Notes: generated by a model from the sequence alone, not told the origin. A DNA stretch of 52,948 nt from Thermoproteota archaeon (GCA_038850115.1 JAWCMB010000005.1:1-52948); one strand, 5' to 3'; shown: positions 1-9,683, numbered from the stretch's first letter. Made by a program: numbers and translations.

Positions 1-1
1 C

Positions 2-166
2 GAGGAAACTACTGTCCAGGAGCTTGCCTCCAAAATACATAGAGATCTCTCTGAAAACCTGAAGTATGCCAGACTATGGAGGGGCGGTTTCACGTCTAAG
101 CCGTTGAGAGTAGGCTCTTCTTTCAAGCTTTTAGACGGGGATGTGATTGAGCTACGGACGAGATAG
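2..166 (+). CDS. 3' end (partial) of DRG/OBG-family GTPase, TGS domain
   Basis: Manual translation EETTVQELASKIHRDLSENLKYARLWRGG...LLDGDVIELRTR* matches the TGS-domain tail of archaeal DRG GTPases; truncated by the window edge. Confidence 0.75.
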   Translation, partial: EETTVQELASKIHRDLSENLKYARLWRGGFTSKPLRVGSSFKLLDGDVIELRTR

Positions 167-201
167 TTGTCAACGGCTTAAGAATTACAGTTTACCCTGG
201 C

Positions 202-756
202 GTGTATCCTCCTTCAGAGGACTCCTACATGGTTCTCGACATTGTCGAAAAGGTTGAAGCCAAAAGGATTCTTGAAATAGGCTGTGGAAGCGGTGTTGTT
301 TCACTGTCTCTTGCACGCAGAAACATCGAGGTTGTTGCGGTGGATGTCAACATAGAGGCGTGTAGAAACACTTTAGCCAATTTCAAGAGAAACAGGCTTC
401 AAGGGGTTGTGCATGTTGTAAACGGGGATCTTGCAACAGCGTTCAGGGATGGAGTCGGATTCGACGCGATAGTGAGCAATCCCCCCTATCTGCCGGTTGA
501 ACAGTCTCCCAACGAGGATCCGTCATGGGCTGCTGGTAAAGACGCTTCTTTATCAAGAAGGCTTTTGGAAAACACGCTTCCACTGCTGTCTGATGTTGGT
601 GTACTGTTTCTCGTGCATTCAAGCCTTCTTAGTGTGAACGGCTTGAAGAAGACTCTGGAGGAGAAAGGTTTCTTAGTTGAAGAAGCCTCCAGTAGAAGCT
701 TCTTTTTCGAAAAAATCATCCTACTCAGAATAAGCAGGAAGCCGACTAGTCTCTAG
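202..756 (+). CDS. HemK2/Mtq2-like N5-glutamine methyltransferase (release-factor methylase)
   Basis: VYPPSEDS N-terminal motif, SAM-binding LEIGCGSG, NPPY motif. The frame is open upstream to 151 without ATG/GTG/TTG. Confidence 0.85.
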   Translation: MYPPSEDSYMVLDIVEKVEAKRILEIGCGSGVVSLSLARRNIEVVAVDVNIEACRNTLANFKRNRLQGVVHVVNGDLATAFRDGVGFDAIVSNPPYLPVEQSPNEDPSWAAGKDASLSRRLLENTLPLLSDVGVLFLVHSSLLSVNGLKKTLEEKGFLVEEASSRSFFFEKIILLRISRKPTSL

Positions 757-1315
757 TAAATATACGGTATTTAACATCAGTAGACAGTTCTTCAACAACC
801 CTCTGTGCCATGAGTCTCGCAATCCCCTGTATTCCAGTCCTGTTTGAAAAATCTTCAAACGATGCGAAAGGCTTCCTAGCCCTCTCTTCAAGTATCTTCT
901 TAGCGTTCATCTTGCCGATGCTTGGAAGGAGCTCTATCGCGTGCATTTTAGGCGAGATGGATTGGAGATTGTTTAAAAGATCTATGAACCTAGACCAATT
1001 TTTCACGATTATGAATTCCGCAACCTCCGGGAGCATGAACCTAGCCTGGGGAGTGAGCTCACTGTATCTTATTCTTCCAAGCACGTTCTTAACCTGGGGC
1101 CTGTCACCCTTACCTATGAAAACCCTTTCCTTAGAGCCTAGCCTCACATGTGGAAAAAGAGAAACCTCTAAGAGGGTGAAATAGTTTTCGCCGAGTAGCT
1201 GTGCGTACGGCGAGTGCACGGGCCTGCCAACCCTGCTTAAAACCCTTCCTTCTTCCAAGAAGTCTAAAACATAGCCGTATTCTTCAAAAACTCTTTTACC
1301 CTTTGCAAAACTCAT
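746..1315 (-). CDS. DUF655 family putative RNA-binding protein
   Basis: EEYGYVLDFL...AQLLGENYFTLLE and C-terminal HhH-like LELLPSIGK...ERARKPFASFED pattern. Confidence 0.8.
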   Translation of the reverse strand: MSFAKGKRVFEEYGYVLDFLEEGRVLSRVGRPVHSPYAQLLGENYFTLLEVSLFPHVRLGSKERVFIGKGDRPQVKNVLGRIRYSELTPQARFMLPEVAEFIIVKNWSRFIDLLNNLQSISPKMHAIELLPSIGKMNAKKILEERARKPFASFEDFSNRTGIQGIARLMAQRVVEELSTDVKYRIFTRD

Positions 1316-1606
1316 TAAAACCGGCCTCCTTTCCAGATCTAGACAGTATGGGGAACCCTGGGTCGCGCTAGGGTTTTCCCGTATCTATCGCGCACTTCTT
1401 CCAGGGTTCTAAATGCCTTCATCGCCCTAATCAGTCGTATTTAACCATCAAGCATCTTAAGATAAAGTTTTTCTTCTGGCAGGGGGTTTATCCTCAAGCC
1501 TATGAGGATAAGGTATTTGTAGGAAAACATGACTTATCAGAGTTAATCTGAGGCTTGCTTAAACTTTTTAAACAGCCCCGGGGCGAAAAATAAGCAGGTA
1601 ATATAA

Positions 1607-2347
1607 ATGCTTTATTTAAAAAGCCTCGTCGTAGAGCTCGGGGGAAAAACTGTGATTAAAGGAGTAGACCTCCAAGTTAATCGCGGAGAGTTAGCCCTCC
1701 TCATGGGGCCTAATGGCTCAGGAAAATCCACACTCCTCCACGCGATAGTAGGCGATAAACGGTGTAGAGTGGTTTCAGGATCCCTATTCTTCGATGGAAA
1801 GGAGTTAACGGGCTTAACGATGGAGGAGAGGGTTAGGCTGGGTCTAGGCTTAGGCTTCCAGTTTCCACCGAGGTTGAAAGGCGTCAGGCTTAGGAGTCTA
1901 GCGCTGAGGATCCTTGAGAAAAGAGGCCTGCCGAGAGATGGGGCTGAGAGGCTCCTTGAAGAGTATTCGAGGCTCCTGAGGATGGAGGATCTTCTAGACA
2001 AGGATTTCAACGTGGGCTTTAGTGGTGGAGAAGCTAAGAGGGCTGAGCTGATGCTGACTCTTATTCAAAACCCACGCCTCCTGCTTTTGGATGAGCCTGA
2101 TTCTGGTGTCGACGTGGAGAATCTTGCACTCATAGGTTCAGCGATATCCCGCTATCTTTCTTCAGACGGGAGGGCAGCGATGCTGATAACTCACACGGGT
2201 TATGTTGCTAAGCACGTCAAGGCTTCTGAGGCGTATGTTCTGATCGATGGACGAATAGTATGCAGCGGAGACCCTGAGGAGATGGTTTCAAACATTATAG
2301 AGCACGGTTTTGAAGCGTGTGTGAACTGTAGGAGGGCTAGGCGTTGA
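1607..2347 (+). CDS. sufC: Fe-S cluster assembly ABC ATPase SufC (SmsC-type)
   Basis: Walker A GPNGSGKST, signature FSGGE, Walker B LLLLDEPDSG; coupled to SufBD; C-terminal CxxC. Confidence 0.9.
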   Translation: MLYLKSLVVELGGKTVIKGVDLQVNRGELALLMGPNGSGKSTLLHAIVGDKRCRVVSGSLFFDGKELTGLTMEERVRLGLGLGFQFPPRLKGVRLRSLALRILEKRGLPRDGAERLLEEYSRLLRMEDLLDKDFNVGFSGGEAKRAELMLTLIQNPRLLLLDEPDSGVDVENLALIGSAISRYLSSDGRAAMLITHTGYVAKHVKASEAYVLIDGRIVCSGDPEEMVSNIIEHGFEACVNCRRARR

Positions 2348-3549
2348 ACCTGGAAGAGGCTAGAAGAATACTTAAGCCGAAGGCTGATGAGGCTTTGGCG
2401 AAGCCGGCTCCGCACGGGTTAGACCTGAATCTTTCAGGTTTTAAGCTTGGAACAGGTTTTGGAACAGGAGTTGAGGGGTCTGAACGGATTTTAGAATCAG
2501 TTGGAATAGATATAGGGGAAAGGAACAGGTCTGGAAGCTACTACCAGGTGGATAACAGGGCAGTATATGCTTCCACCAGGCAGAGCGGGTTAACAGTTAA
2601 GCCACTAAGCGAGGCTCTTAAAGACCCTGAGAACCTGAACTACTATTGGAGGGCACTGCCAGTCGACACTGATAAGTATACTGCCACAGCATTCTTGGGG
2701 GAAAAAGAAGGGTACTTCATAAAGGTGGATGATGGTGTTAATGTTGAAACGCCCGTGCAAGCATGTCTCCTCTTAAGGACACCGGGTTTAATTCAGGCTC
2801 CGCATAACATAGTGGTGGTTGGCGAGAAATCTAAGGTGCACGTTATAACGGGATGTGCATCCATGAGGGAGGAGGCTGGCCTCCACATCGGAGTATCGGA
2901 GTTCTACGTGAAGAAGGGAGGCACCCTAACGTTCACAATGATCCACAGCTGGAGTAAAACCATCCATGTCAGGCCTAGGACAGTCACCCATGTTGAGGAG
3001 GACGGTGTCTTAATAAGCCACTACATAAATACTTCGCCAGTATCCTCTCTACAAACACATCCGGCAGCTCATCTAAACGGGAAGGGGAGCAGAGCCCACC
3101 TGTCATCCATAATAATGGGTAGGGGAGCATCCCATATAGATGTGGGCGGCGCCTTGGAATTGGGTGCTCCAGCATGCTCAGGCGAAGTACTGTCTAGAAC
3201 AATAGGCTTCGACAAGAGCGTAACCGTCGCCAGAGCTAGGGTTGCTGGTAAGGCTCCAGGGGTTAGGGGACATGTAGAATGCAGGGGACTATTACTGTCG
3301 AACGAGTCTAGGATTGACGCCATACCCGAGCTGGAGGCAAGGGTGCAGGATGTTCAACTGACGCATGAAGCCGCCATAGGCAGAATAGCTGAGGAGGAAC
3401 TCCTATACCTTATGGCAAGAGGATTTAGCGAGGAAGAAGCCAGATCAATAATAGTGAGAGGCTTCTTGAGCATTGAGCTTTCAGGCCTCCCTGAAAACCT
3501 AGTTAAATACCTGGAAAGCATCCTAGATCGTTTAGCTGCCTCGATCTAA
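2344..3549 (+). CDS. sufB: SufB/SufD-family Fe-S scaffold (SmsB-type)
   Basis: GHVECRGLLL...IDAIPEL...LTHEAAIGRIAEEELLYLMARG motif; 4-bp overlap with sufC. Confidence 0.9.
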   Translation: MNLEEARRILKPKADEALAKPAPHGLDLNLSGFKLGTGFGTGVEGSERILESVGIDIGERNRSGSYYQVDNRAVYASTRQSGLTVKPLSEALKDPENLNYYWRALPVDTDKYTATAFLGEKEGYFIKVDDGVNVETPVQACLLLRTPGLIQAPHNIVVVGEKSKVHVITGCASMREEAGLHIGVSEFYVKKGGTLTFTMIHSWSKTIHVRPRTVTHVEEDGVLISHYINTSPVSSLQTHPAAHLNGKGSRAHLSSIIMGRGASHIDVGGALELGAPACSGEVLSRTIGFDKSVTVARARVAGKAPGVRGHVECRGLLLSNESRIDAIPELEARVQDVQLTHEAAIGRIAEEELLYLMARGFSEEEARSIIVRGFLSIELSGLPENLVKYLESILDRLAASI

Positions 3550-3691
3550 GTTTAATTCTCAACGCGCCTACAATGTGGAAATGCGTTTTTCCGAGAGAAT
3601 TAAAGCGGTTGCTCCTTTCCTATTCACTATGAATAAGCTTTAAGTAAAAACCTGTTAATTTAACCTTTATTCCTTCTTAATGCAATAGGAA

Positions 3692-3763
3692 CGCCCTGGC
3701 CGGGATTCGAACCCGGGTCGGGAGGGTGACAGCCTCCAATGCTAACCTTTACACCACCAGGGC
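3692..3763 (-). tRNA. tRNA-Asp(GTC), intronless
   Basis: Reverse complement folds into a cloverleaf: GCCCTGG/CCAGGGC acceptor, GGAGG-CTGTCAC-CCTCC anticodon arm, TTCGAAT T-loop. Confidence 0.95.
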
Positions 3764-3997
3764 AAGCTGTCTTCAGGGCGTTGAGAAACTTAGGCTCCAA
3801 ATAAATCTTTTGCTTAAGCCCTGCTTTAAGGAACTAGAAGCCTATTCCCACTCCTACCGTACTTCCTCAACGATTAGTTTAAGGCCGCTAAAGGTACGGT
3901 GTACTCCTCTTAAAATTATTATTTGCTTTAACAGCATGAGTGATGACGAGAGGAAATAGAAATAATTAGAAGGACTCATCAATCCTTGTGCATATTG

Positions 3998-5284
3998 CTA
4001 TTTTAGTATGCCTACTACTCCTCCAAAACCCTTGTATAGCATCATCCCCTCCTCGGTGGCTGTCGATATTAATTCCAATCGAACGTTTTTCTGAGAGGCT
4101 GTTTCAATGAAACGGTCGAGGAGGCTCTCCTTCTCAGCAACATAAAGGCTTGTTGCACCGCATTTTGGACATGGCGTCGAGGATATTTTCGCTGGAAGCG
4201 TTATCAGCTCTTGGAACGGGTGTTGCTCAACAGCCTCGTAGTCGCACCTGCTGCATTTAATCTTAACCATGAATATGTCGAGGGCCTCTGAGAAAAGTAT
4301 GAGCCTAACCTTTCCACTTTGAACCGTGTTCTCAACCTCTTTAAGCCCGTAGACAACCCTGTCCGGCTCGGTGCTCACAAGCTTAAGGAAGCTGCCAACC
4401 AATTCCCTCTCCTTTATCAAGTCAAGCTCCTGAAGCTTTTCAGAAGCTTTCCCCAATATCTCCTTTATGCCTTGGTGACCCGTGTAAGAAGTGTCTACTA
4501 CAGCCAGTATTTTTCTCCTAAGCTCGTAATGAATGAAATCTTTTTCGAGAAACATTTCCTTCGTAGGCCCCGGACCACCCACGATCAGCCCCTTAACATC
4601 AGTATTCTGAAGGTAAACCTCGTTCAGACGCTCAGCCACACGCCTATAGAAATCGTTGAGCTCCATCTCCCTCAACCTTTCAAACCTTCTAGCCGACTGG
4701 CCTCCCTTGCTCGTCTTGCCGGGGACGCCTGAGGTCAACTCATCTTTAACATCTATGCTCCTGCCCGTAGCGAGGGCTATCGTTGCCTCAGAATTATCAA
4801 TGGATAAGATTAGGTACTTATCCTTCTTCCCAAGCATCTCTTTAAGAGGCTCAACGTAAAACTTGTCGTCGCAACCATAGTATGAAAGGGTTATTTTCTC
4901 AGGTGGCTCTATCACATGAATCTCAATATTCTCTGACCCAGGGGCCTCCCCCGGGATAGCTCCGCAGAATATGACGAGCCCGTTTTCAGGAGCCTCATCA
5001 TAAAGCTTAAGCCTCTGCTGAACCCTCACTATAGCATCCTGAACATTCTTCCTCGTTGTTCTAGACTTAATGTTAGACGCCTTCCCATACTCCTCCCTGA
5101 GGTTCGTCATCACCTCGCTTATCCGTCTCCCTGGGGGTATGTAGAGGCTGATCAACTCTGTCCCACGACCCCTTTTTTCAGAAAGCTCTCTAAGAGTCCT
5201 CCTCGAAATATACTCTTTCACCGAGGTTGCAAGCGTTTTTTCACTCAAAACACGGTTCTCCGAGGAGACCTCGCCGATCCCCAT
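3998..5284 (-). CDS. prf1: Peptide chain release factor aRF1
   Basis: GTELISLYIPP, NIKS motif, YxCxxxF, GGQS motif; zinc-ribbon insertion in domain C. Confidence 0.97.
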   Translation of the reverse strand: MGIGEVSSENRVLSEKTLATSVKEYISRRTLRELSEKRGRGTELISLYIPPGRRISEVMTNLREEYGKASNIKSRTTRKNVQDAIVRVQQRLKLYDEAPENGLVIFCGAIPGEAPGSENIEIHVIEPPEKITLSYYGCDDKFYVEPLKEMLGKKDKYLILSIDNSEATIALATGRSIDVKDELTSGVPGKTSKGGQSARRFERLREMELNDFYRRVAERLNEVYLQNTDVKGLIVGGPGPTKEMFLEKDFIHYELRRKILAVVDTSYTGHQGIKEILGKASEKLQELDLIKERELVGSFLKLVSTEPDRVVYGLKEVENTVQSGKVRLILFSEALDIFMVKIKCSRCDYEAVEQHPFQELITLPAKISSTPCPKCGATSLYVAEKESLLDRFIETASQKNVRLELISTATEEGMMLYKGFGGVVGILK

Positions 5285-5322
5285 ATATTAATATTTCACT
5301 CCCTAGGGAGAATAAGGGAGAA

Positions 5323-6015
5323 ATGAGGATTGTGTTGAAAATAGGGCACGCCCTATTCAAGGAGCATTCGATAGATTTAGAGAAGATACGTGGGACGGCG
5401 GACGCGATCCTAAGGCTGCATAAAGCGGGGCATAAGGTGGTCATCGTGGTTGGTGGAGGTGAGCCCAGCAGGACCTACATAAGGGCGGCTAGAAGCCTCG
5501 GGGCAGACCACGCTACCTGCGATGAGGTCGGCATAATGATCACTCGGCTGAACGCGCTCCTACTGTCCATAGCTTTTGGAGAGGACGCGAGTAGGAACAT
5601 TATCGGTAGCTTCGAAGAGCTTGAGAAACAGCTGGAAACAGCCGGGAATAAAATACTTGTCGGGGGAGGTTTCACCCCGGCTCAGTCAACAGACGCTGTT
5701 GCCGCGCTCATAGCTGAGAGGATGAAAGCCGATCTTCTGATAAAGACTACTGATGTCGACGGTGTCTATGACTCGGATCCTGATAAAAACCCGAATGCGA
5801 AACTGCTTAGAGAAGTAAGCGTAAGAAGGCTCAGGAAAATACTGAGCCAAGGAGAATCGAAACCAGGGGAATACAGGCTTCTAGACCAGGTTTCCCTCTC
5901 AATACTTGAAAGGTCAAGGATACCAGTTGTAATCGTAAACGGTTCCGACCCTGGAAACATCATTAGAGCAGCCTCCGGGGAGAAAGTAGGCACAAGAGTA
6001 GACTATTCCAAATAA
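5323..6015 (+). CDS. pyrH: UMP kinase
   Basis: MRIVLKIG, VVVGGG, STDAVAA, TDVDGVYDSDP motifs. Start placed at ATG 5323 after GGAG, not at 5227. Confidence 0.92.
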   Translation: MRIVLKIGHALFKEHSIDLEKIRGTADAILRLHKAGHKVVIVVGGGEPSRTYIRAARSLGADHATCDEVGIMITRLNALLLSIAFGEDASRNIIGSFEELEKQLETAGNKILVGGGFTPAQSTDAVAALIAERMKADLLIKTTDVDGVYDSDPDKNPNAKLLREVSVRRLRKILSQGESKPGEYRLLDQVSLSILERSRIPVVIVNGSDPGNIIRAASGEKVGTRVDYSK

Positions 6016-6144
6016 ACACTGCTCTCCGAAATTAACTTGCTTATAGATATTGCACTCAGACGCAATCTTCACGAGAAACCGTTTCCCTAACCTTAAGGTT
6101 TTTACTAGCGACATGGATAAAGTTAGAAACTCGAGGAAGTAGGA

Positions 6145-6450
6145 ATGGGCGATGGGCCGCCTCAAGCTTGGGGGGTAGAGGTGTACACTCCTGAGGGTCA
6201 ACTGGTTCTAGATGGTGACAGGATAATGTTGAAGTCATGGGAAGAATTGGACAGGGCTAAAAGTAAGCGGTCTGTTAAAAAGACTCTCCTTAAAGGGGTA
6301 ATGCTGTTCAACCTTCACTGCTTTGTTGTTATGAGTTATAGAATTAAAAAGTGGGCGTCACTATTTGACCGCGTTAGCCAGAATCGGTTAGAGAGGGTAT
6401 GGAATAAAGGTAAAGGCATACAGGCTTTCGTCTCCAAAAGGAGAAGATAG
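6145..6450 (+). CDS. Hypothetical protein (possibly a remnant)
   Basis: Open frame only; no recognisable motif. Confidence 0.2.
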   Translation: MGDGPPQAWGVEVYTPEGQLVLDGDRIMLKSWEELDRAKSKRSVKKTLLKGVMLFNLHCFVVMSYRIKKWASLFDRVSQNRLERVWNKGKGIQAFVSKRRR

Positions 6451-6454
6451 GGGA

Positions 6455-6594
6455 TGGGGCCAGGGCGATTTGAACGCCCATTCACGGGTTTCTCTCAATT
6501 TTTCCCAGCTCCAACCTTTCCTCATCTCCCTCGCCGGGATCCCTGCTTGCTTCTGGCTGGAGCCCGCCGTCCTGCCTGGTTAGACTATGGCCCC
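6455..6594 (-). tRNA. tRNA-Trp(CCA) with 67-nt intron at 37/38 (6490..6556)
   Basis: GGGGCCA/TGGCCCC acceptor, GCGGG-CTCCAG|intron|A-CCCGT anticodon arm, GGGCG-TTCAAAT-CGCCC T-arm. Confidence 0.92.
6490..6556 (-). ncRNA. Intron-encoded box C/D guide RNA (candidate Cm34 guide)
   Basis: Intron contains UGAGGA (C-like box), guide UUGGAGCU complementary to tRNA nt 30-37, then GGGA (D-like box). The N+5 rule points to C34. Confidence 0.6.
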
Positions 6595-6833
6595 CGTTTC
6601 CCCGCGTGTTTCCTTTATGGCGGATTTTTAAGGTTTTTCGTGTTGGGGGTTGCTGCTGGTTTTATGGTTGCTTTTTACGGTGTGAGGGTGAGCTACGGTT
6701 TGTTTCGGCTGTATTTGTTTTTCGGCTGTTAATCGCTGTTTTTATGGTTGTTTAATGCTGGTTAGGCTTAAGCAGGGCTGGGGGTGGGGAAGGTTTTATT
6801 AAGGAGTTATGCGGTTTAAACATTGGATAAGAA

Positions 6834-7076
6834 ATGGTTCACGCATATGTTTTGATGAATGTTGAGATAGGGACGGAAAACGATGTTCTGAACAGGCTTA
6901 AGGAGACTCCTGGGGTTGTTGAGTCTTGGATTGTTTTCGGCGTTTACGATATTATTACTAAGGTTGAGGCTGAGAATAGTGAGAAGCTAAAGGAGTTCAT
7001 AAGCAGGTACATAAGGAAAATCGAGGGAGTGAGGAATACTCTTACGTTGATGCCTATAGAAGGGTTTTCCAAGTAA
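6834..7076 (+). CDS. Stand-alone Lrp/AsnC ligand-binding (RAM) domain protein
   Basis: AYVLMNVEIG...VFGVYDIITKVE...IRKIEGVRNTLTL pattern; 80 aa, no HTH. Confidence 0.85.
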   Translation: MVHAYVLMNVEIGTENDVLNRLKETPGVVESWIVFGVYDIITKVEAENSEKLKEFISRYIRKIEGVRNTLTLMPIEGFSK

Positions 7077-7118
7077 AGTTTAAGCCAAGCTAACGGCAAG
7101 TATCGTGAACTGTTAGCG

Positions 7119-7472
7119 ATGGGGCTGAGGTTCGGGTCTAAGAGGGAGCAGGAGCGTCTGCTTAAGAGGCTTGGAATAAAGCTTGAGGAGCTGCAGGGCG
7201 TGAGAAGCGTCGTTATAGAGACTGATAGCGAGAGGATTGTTTTCGACTCTCCGACTGTGACTAAGATGGCTGGTGGTGCCCAGGAGATATACCAGGTTGT
7301 CGGAGAGCCCGTGGTTGAGAAGAAGGAGAAAGAGGAGTATGTTCCACAGGAGGAGGATGTTCTGCTGGTAGCGAAGCAAACCGGTAGGAGCGTTGAGGAC
7401 GCTAGGAAAGCATTGATAACGACTGAGGGAGATATTGCTCAAGCAATTGTTCTACTGCAGTCAAGCCGCTAG
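7119..7472 (+). CDS. nac: Nascent polypeptide-associated complex protein
   Basis: LLKRLGIKLEEL, VVIET...IYQVVG NAC domain plus UBA tail EDVLLVAKQTG...GDIAQAI. Confidence 0.9.
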   Translation: MGLRFGSKREQERLLKRLGIKLEELQGVRSVVIETDSERIVFDSPTVTKMAGGAQEIYQVVGEPVVEKKEKEEYVPQEEDVLLVAKQTGRSVEDARKALITTEGDIAQAIVLLQSSR

Positions 7473-7518
7473 GGAAAGGCATATTTATCTTCCCCGTATT
7501 TTCCTAGGGTCTTTAAAG

Positions 7519-8055
7519 ATGGTGTGCGAGATATGTGGGGCTAGGGCGCCGAAACTTAGGAGAGTGGTCGTGGAGGGCAGCATTATGAATGTCTGCCCGG
7601 GCTGTTTCGCCACCCTTACTAAGAAGACTCCTGTTGAAAGCATGTCTGCCAAGCCCGGTGGAAAAATAGTGAAGAAAGCGGTGGTTGCTAAACCTTTTGC
7701 AGTTGAAAAGGTTAAAGGGAAAAGCCGTGTTGAAAATATTTCTCTAGCAGAATCCGTGGAACTTTCGGGCAATTTCAGGGAGCTTATTAAGAGTAGGAGG
7801 AGGGAGCTCGGCTGGAGCGAGGAGGACCTGGGGGAGAAAACCGGTTTGAAAACCTCTCTGATAAAGAAGATAGAGTCCGGTAAAATAACTCCCTCAGTGG
7901 TTGACACTAGGAGGATAGAGGAGGCTTTAAAAATAAAGCTGCTTAAGACGAGTCCTGTGCAGGAAGAGGAACTACCCGCTAAGCATCTCGTCAAGAAGCC
8001 CTCCTCAACCTTAACCCTGGGGGATATTTTGCGCGACGAGGTTGCTGAACAGTAG
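7519..8055 (+). CDS. mbf1: Archaeal multiprotein bridging factor 1 (aMBF1)
   Basis: N-terminal CEICG...VEGSIMNVCPGC zinc ribbon, Cro-type HTH, C-terminal TLGD motif; start at ATG 7519. Confidence 0.88.
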   Translation: MVCEICGARAPKLRRVVVEGSIMNVCPGCFATLTKKTPVESMSAKPGGKIVKKAVVAKPFAVEKVKGKSRVENISLAESVELSGNFRELIKSRRRELGWSEEDLGEKTGLKTSLIKKIESGKITPSVVDTRRIEEALKIKLLKTSPVQEEELPAKHLVKKPSSTLTLGDILRDEVAEQ

Positions 8056-8070
8056 AGGGTAGTTCGGGGC

Positions 8071-8646
8071 ATGATGCAGATCGGTTGTGAAATAGGGGTT
8101 CTCCGTCTCGGCCACAGGATATTCAGGGATAAGAGAGTGACTATGCATGCTTTCCTTGTTTCAAGAGCCTTTGGGGCAACAGTCTTCATCGTGCATGGGG
8201 ATAGGGATTCTAAGCTTGAGGAGAACGCTAGGAGGGTTGTTAGGGGCTGGGGTGGTAGAATAAGCGTTAACTACAGTGGAGACTGGCTGAAAACAGTTGA
8301 GGAATGGAGGAGCAGGGGGAGTCTGATTGTTCACCTCACGATGTACGGTATGCCTGTTGAGAACGTTATTGAAAGCATAAGGGGAACGAGCAAGCTCCTA
8401 GTGATAATCGGTGGTAAAAGAGTTCCCCGCGAGGCTTATGAGGCTTCGGATTATAATGTTGCGATAACCAACCAGCCTCATTCAGAGATAGCTGCGCTCG
8501 CAATATTTCTCGACAGGTTTTTCAAAGGCAGGGAGCTCTACATGCAGCATGAGAAGGCAAGGGTCTTCATAGTTCCCTCGCCTAGGGGAAAAGTAATATG
8601 TAGGAACCCGTTTTATAAGGAGGAGGAGAAAGTTGGGCGAGGATAG
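8071..8646 (+). CDS. trm56: tRNA (cytidine56-2'-O)-methyltransferase aTrm56
   Basis: VLRLGHR...RDKRVTMH, VHLTMYG, NQPHSEIAALAIFLDR SPOUT motifs. Confidence 0.92.
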   Translation: MMQIGCEIGVLRLGHRIFRDKRVTMHAFLVSRAFGATVFIVHGDRDSKLEENARRVVRGWGGRISVNYSGDWLKTVEEWRSRGSLIVHLTMYGMPVENVIESIRGTSKLLVIIGGKRVPREAYEASDYNVAITNQPHSEIAALAIFLDRFFKGRELYMQHEKARVFIVPSPRGKVICRNPFYKEEEKVGRG

Positions 8647-9160
8647 GCTTGACGCTATAAGCCATCTCTACACGCAGATCATAGGCCTGATAGGCGGCGA
8701 CGAGGCGGTTGAGGTAGCAGAAGCATTGATACAGCTTAAGAAGGCGAGCGAGGAACAGATATCTACTAAAACCGGGTTGAGGGTCGGCGACGTTAGGAAA
8801 ATACTTTTCAAGCTTTACGAGAAGGCTTTGATAACTTACGAGGAGGTAAAGAAGGAGGAGGGTGACAGGATAAAAAGCGTGTTTCTATGGATGCCGCTTA
8901 TAGACCAGATTGAAGGCATTGCAACAAACTACAGGAGGATGATTCTGCAGAAGCTCAGGGAGAAGCTTGCGTTCGCCGAGGGTAACGAGCTCTATCACTG
9001 TGGGAAGGAGGGCCATAGACTACTCGTCTTCGACGAGGCTGTTGAAAACATATTCAAATGCCCGGTTTGTAGTGAACCCTTATTCAGAATGAACAAGGAG
9101 GAGTACATCAGGAAATTAAGCACTCTAATAAAGACGATAGAAAATGAAGAGAAAGAGTAA
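8633..9160 (+). CDS. tfe: Transcription factor E (TFE alpha)
   Basis: N-terminal wHTH (VRKILFKLY) plus zinc ribbon (C...F.EA.ENIFKCPVC); conserved synteny after trm56. Confidence 0.85.
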   Translation: MGEDRLDAISHLYTQIIGLIGGDEAVEVAEALIQLKKASEEQISTKTGLRVGDVRKILFKLYEKALITYEEVKKEEGDRIKSVFLWMPLIDQIEGIATNYRRMILQKLREKLAFAEGNELYHCGKEGHRLLVFDEAVENIFKCPVCSEPLFRMNKEEYIRKLSTLIKTIENEEKE

Positions 9161-9683
9161 AGTACCGGGTGAGAAGCAGTGTCTTGAAATACTTTTGGAA
9201 GAAGGGATTAACAGCAATGTTCTAAGACACATTTTAAAAGTTGCGGAGGTGGCTAAAAACCTAACTAGTGAAGTAAAATCAAAGGGATACCGTGTCGATG
9301 GAAAACTTGTTATGGCGGGAGCATTGCTTCACGATATCGGCAGGGCGGTTACCCACGATGTTTCCCACGGAGTAATAGGTGGCCAAATAGTGAGGAGGAG
9401 AAACTTGGATGAGAGGCTTGCAAAAATAGTTGAGAGACATGTAGGGGGAGGAATACCTAATGATGAAGCCGTGAAGCTGAAACTAGGTTTCTTAAACCTT
9501 GTTCCGGAAACCTTGGAGGAGAAAATAGTCTGCTACGCTGACAAACTCGTGGACGGAGACAGAAGTGTAGCGTTCTCAGATACCCTGAAATACTTTAAGA
9601 AGAAGCTGGGCGCAGAACACCCTGCAATAAAAAGGCTTGAGGAGTTAGACGAGTTTTTCCGAGAAATCCTCAAAGGAAAATAA
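9144..9683 (+). CDS. HD-domain phosphohydrolase (TIGR00295-like)
   Basis: H...LLHDIGR...HGVIG...ERHVGGG...EEKIVCYADK motifs. Confidence 0.88.
   Translation: MKRKSKVPGEKQCLEILLEEGINSNVLRHILKVAEVAKNLTSEVKSKGYRVDGKLVMAGALLHDIGRAVTHDVSHGVIGGQIVRRRNLDERLAKIVERHVGGGIPNDEAVKLKLGFLNLVPETLEEKIVCYADKLVDGDRSVAFSDTLKYFKKKLGAEHPAIKRLEELDEFFREILKGK

Noticed and set aside
1345-1430. Hairpin GGGAACCCT/AGGGTTTTCCC and a CGATGA box upstream of DUF655 as an sRNA
   Set aside because: Could not assign a full C/D or H/ACA box set or a target; needs an Infernal search.
6454-6732. 92-aa ORF
   Set aside because: Antisense to tRNA-Trp and runs into a T/G-rich spacer; spurious.
7485-8189. 234-aa minus-strand ORF (and similar antisense ORFs such as 23437..23904, 24426..25163, 14505..15014)
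   Set aside because: Fully overlap well-supported genes on the opposite strand.
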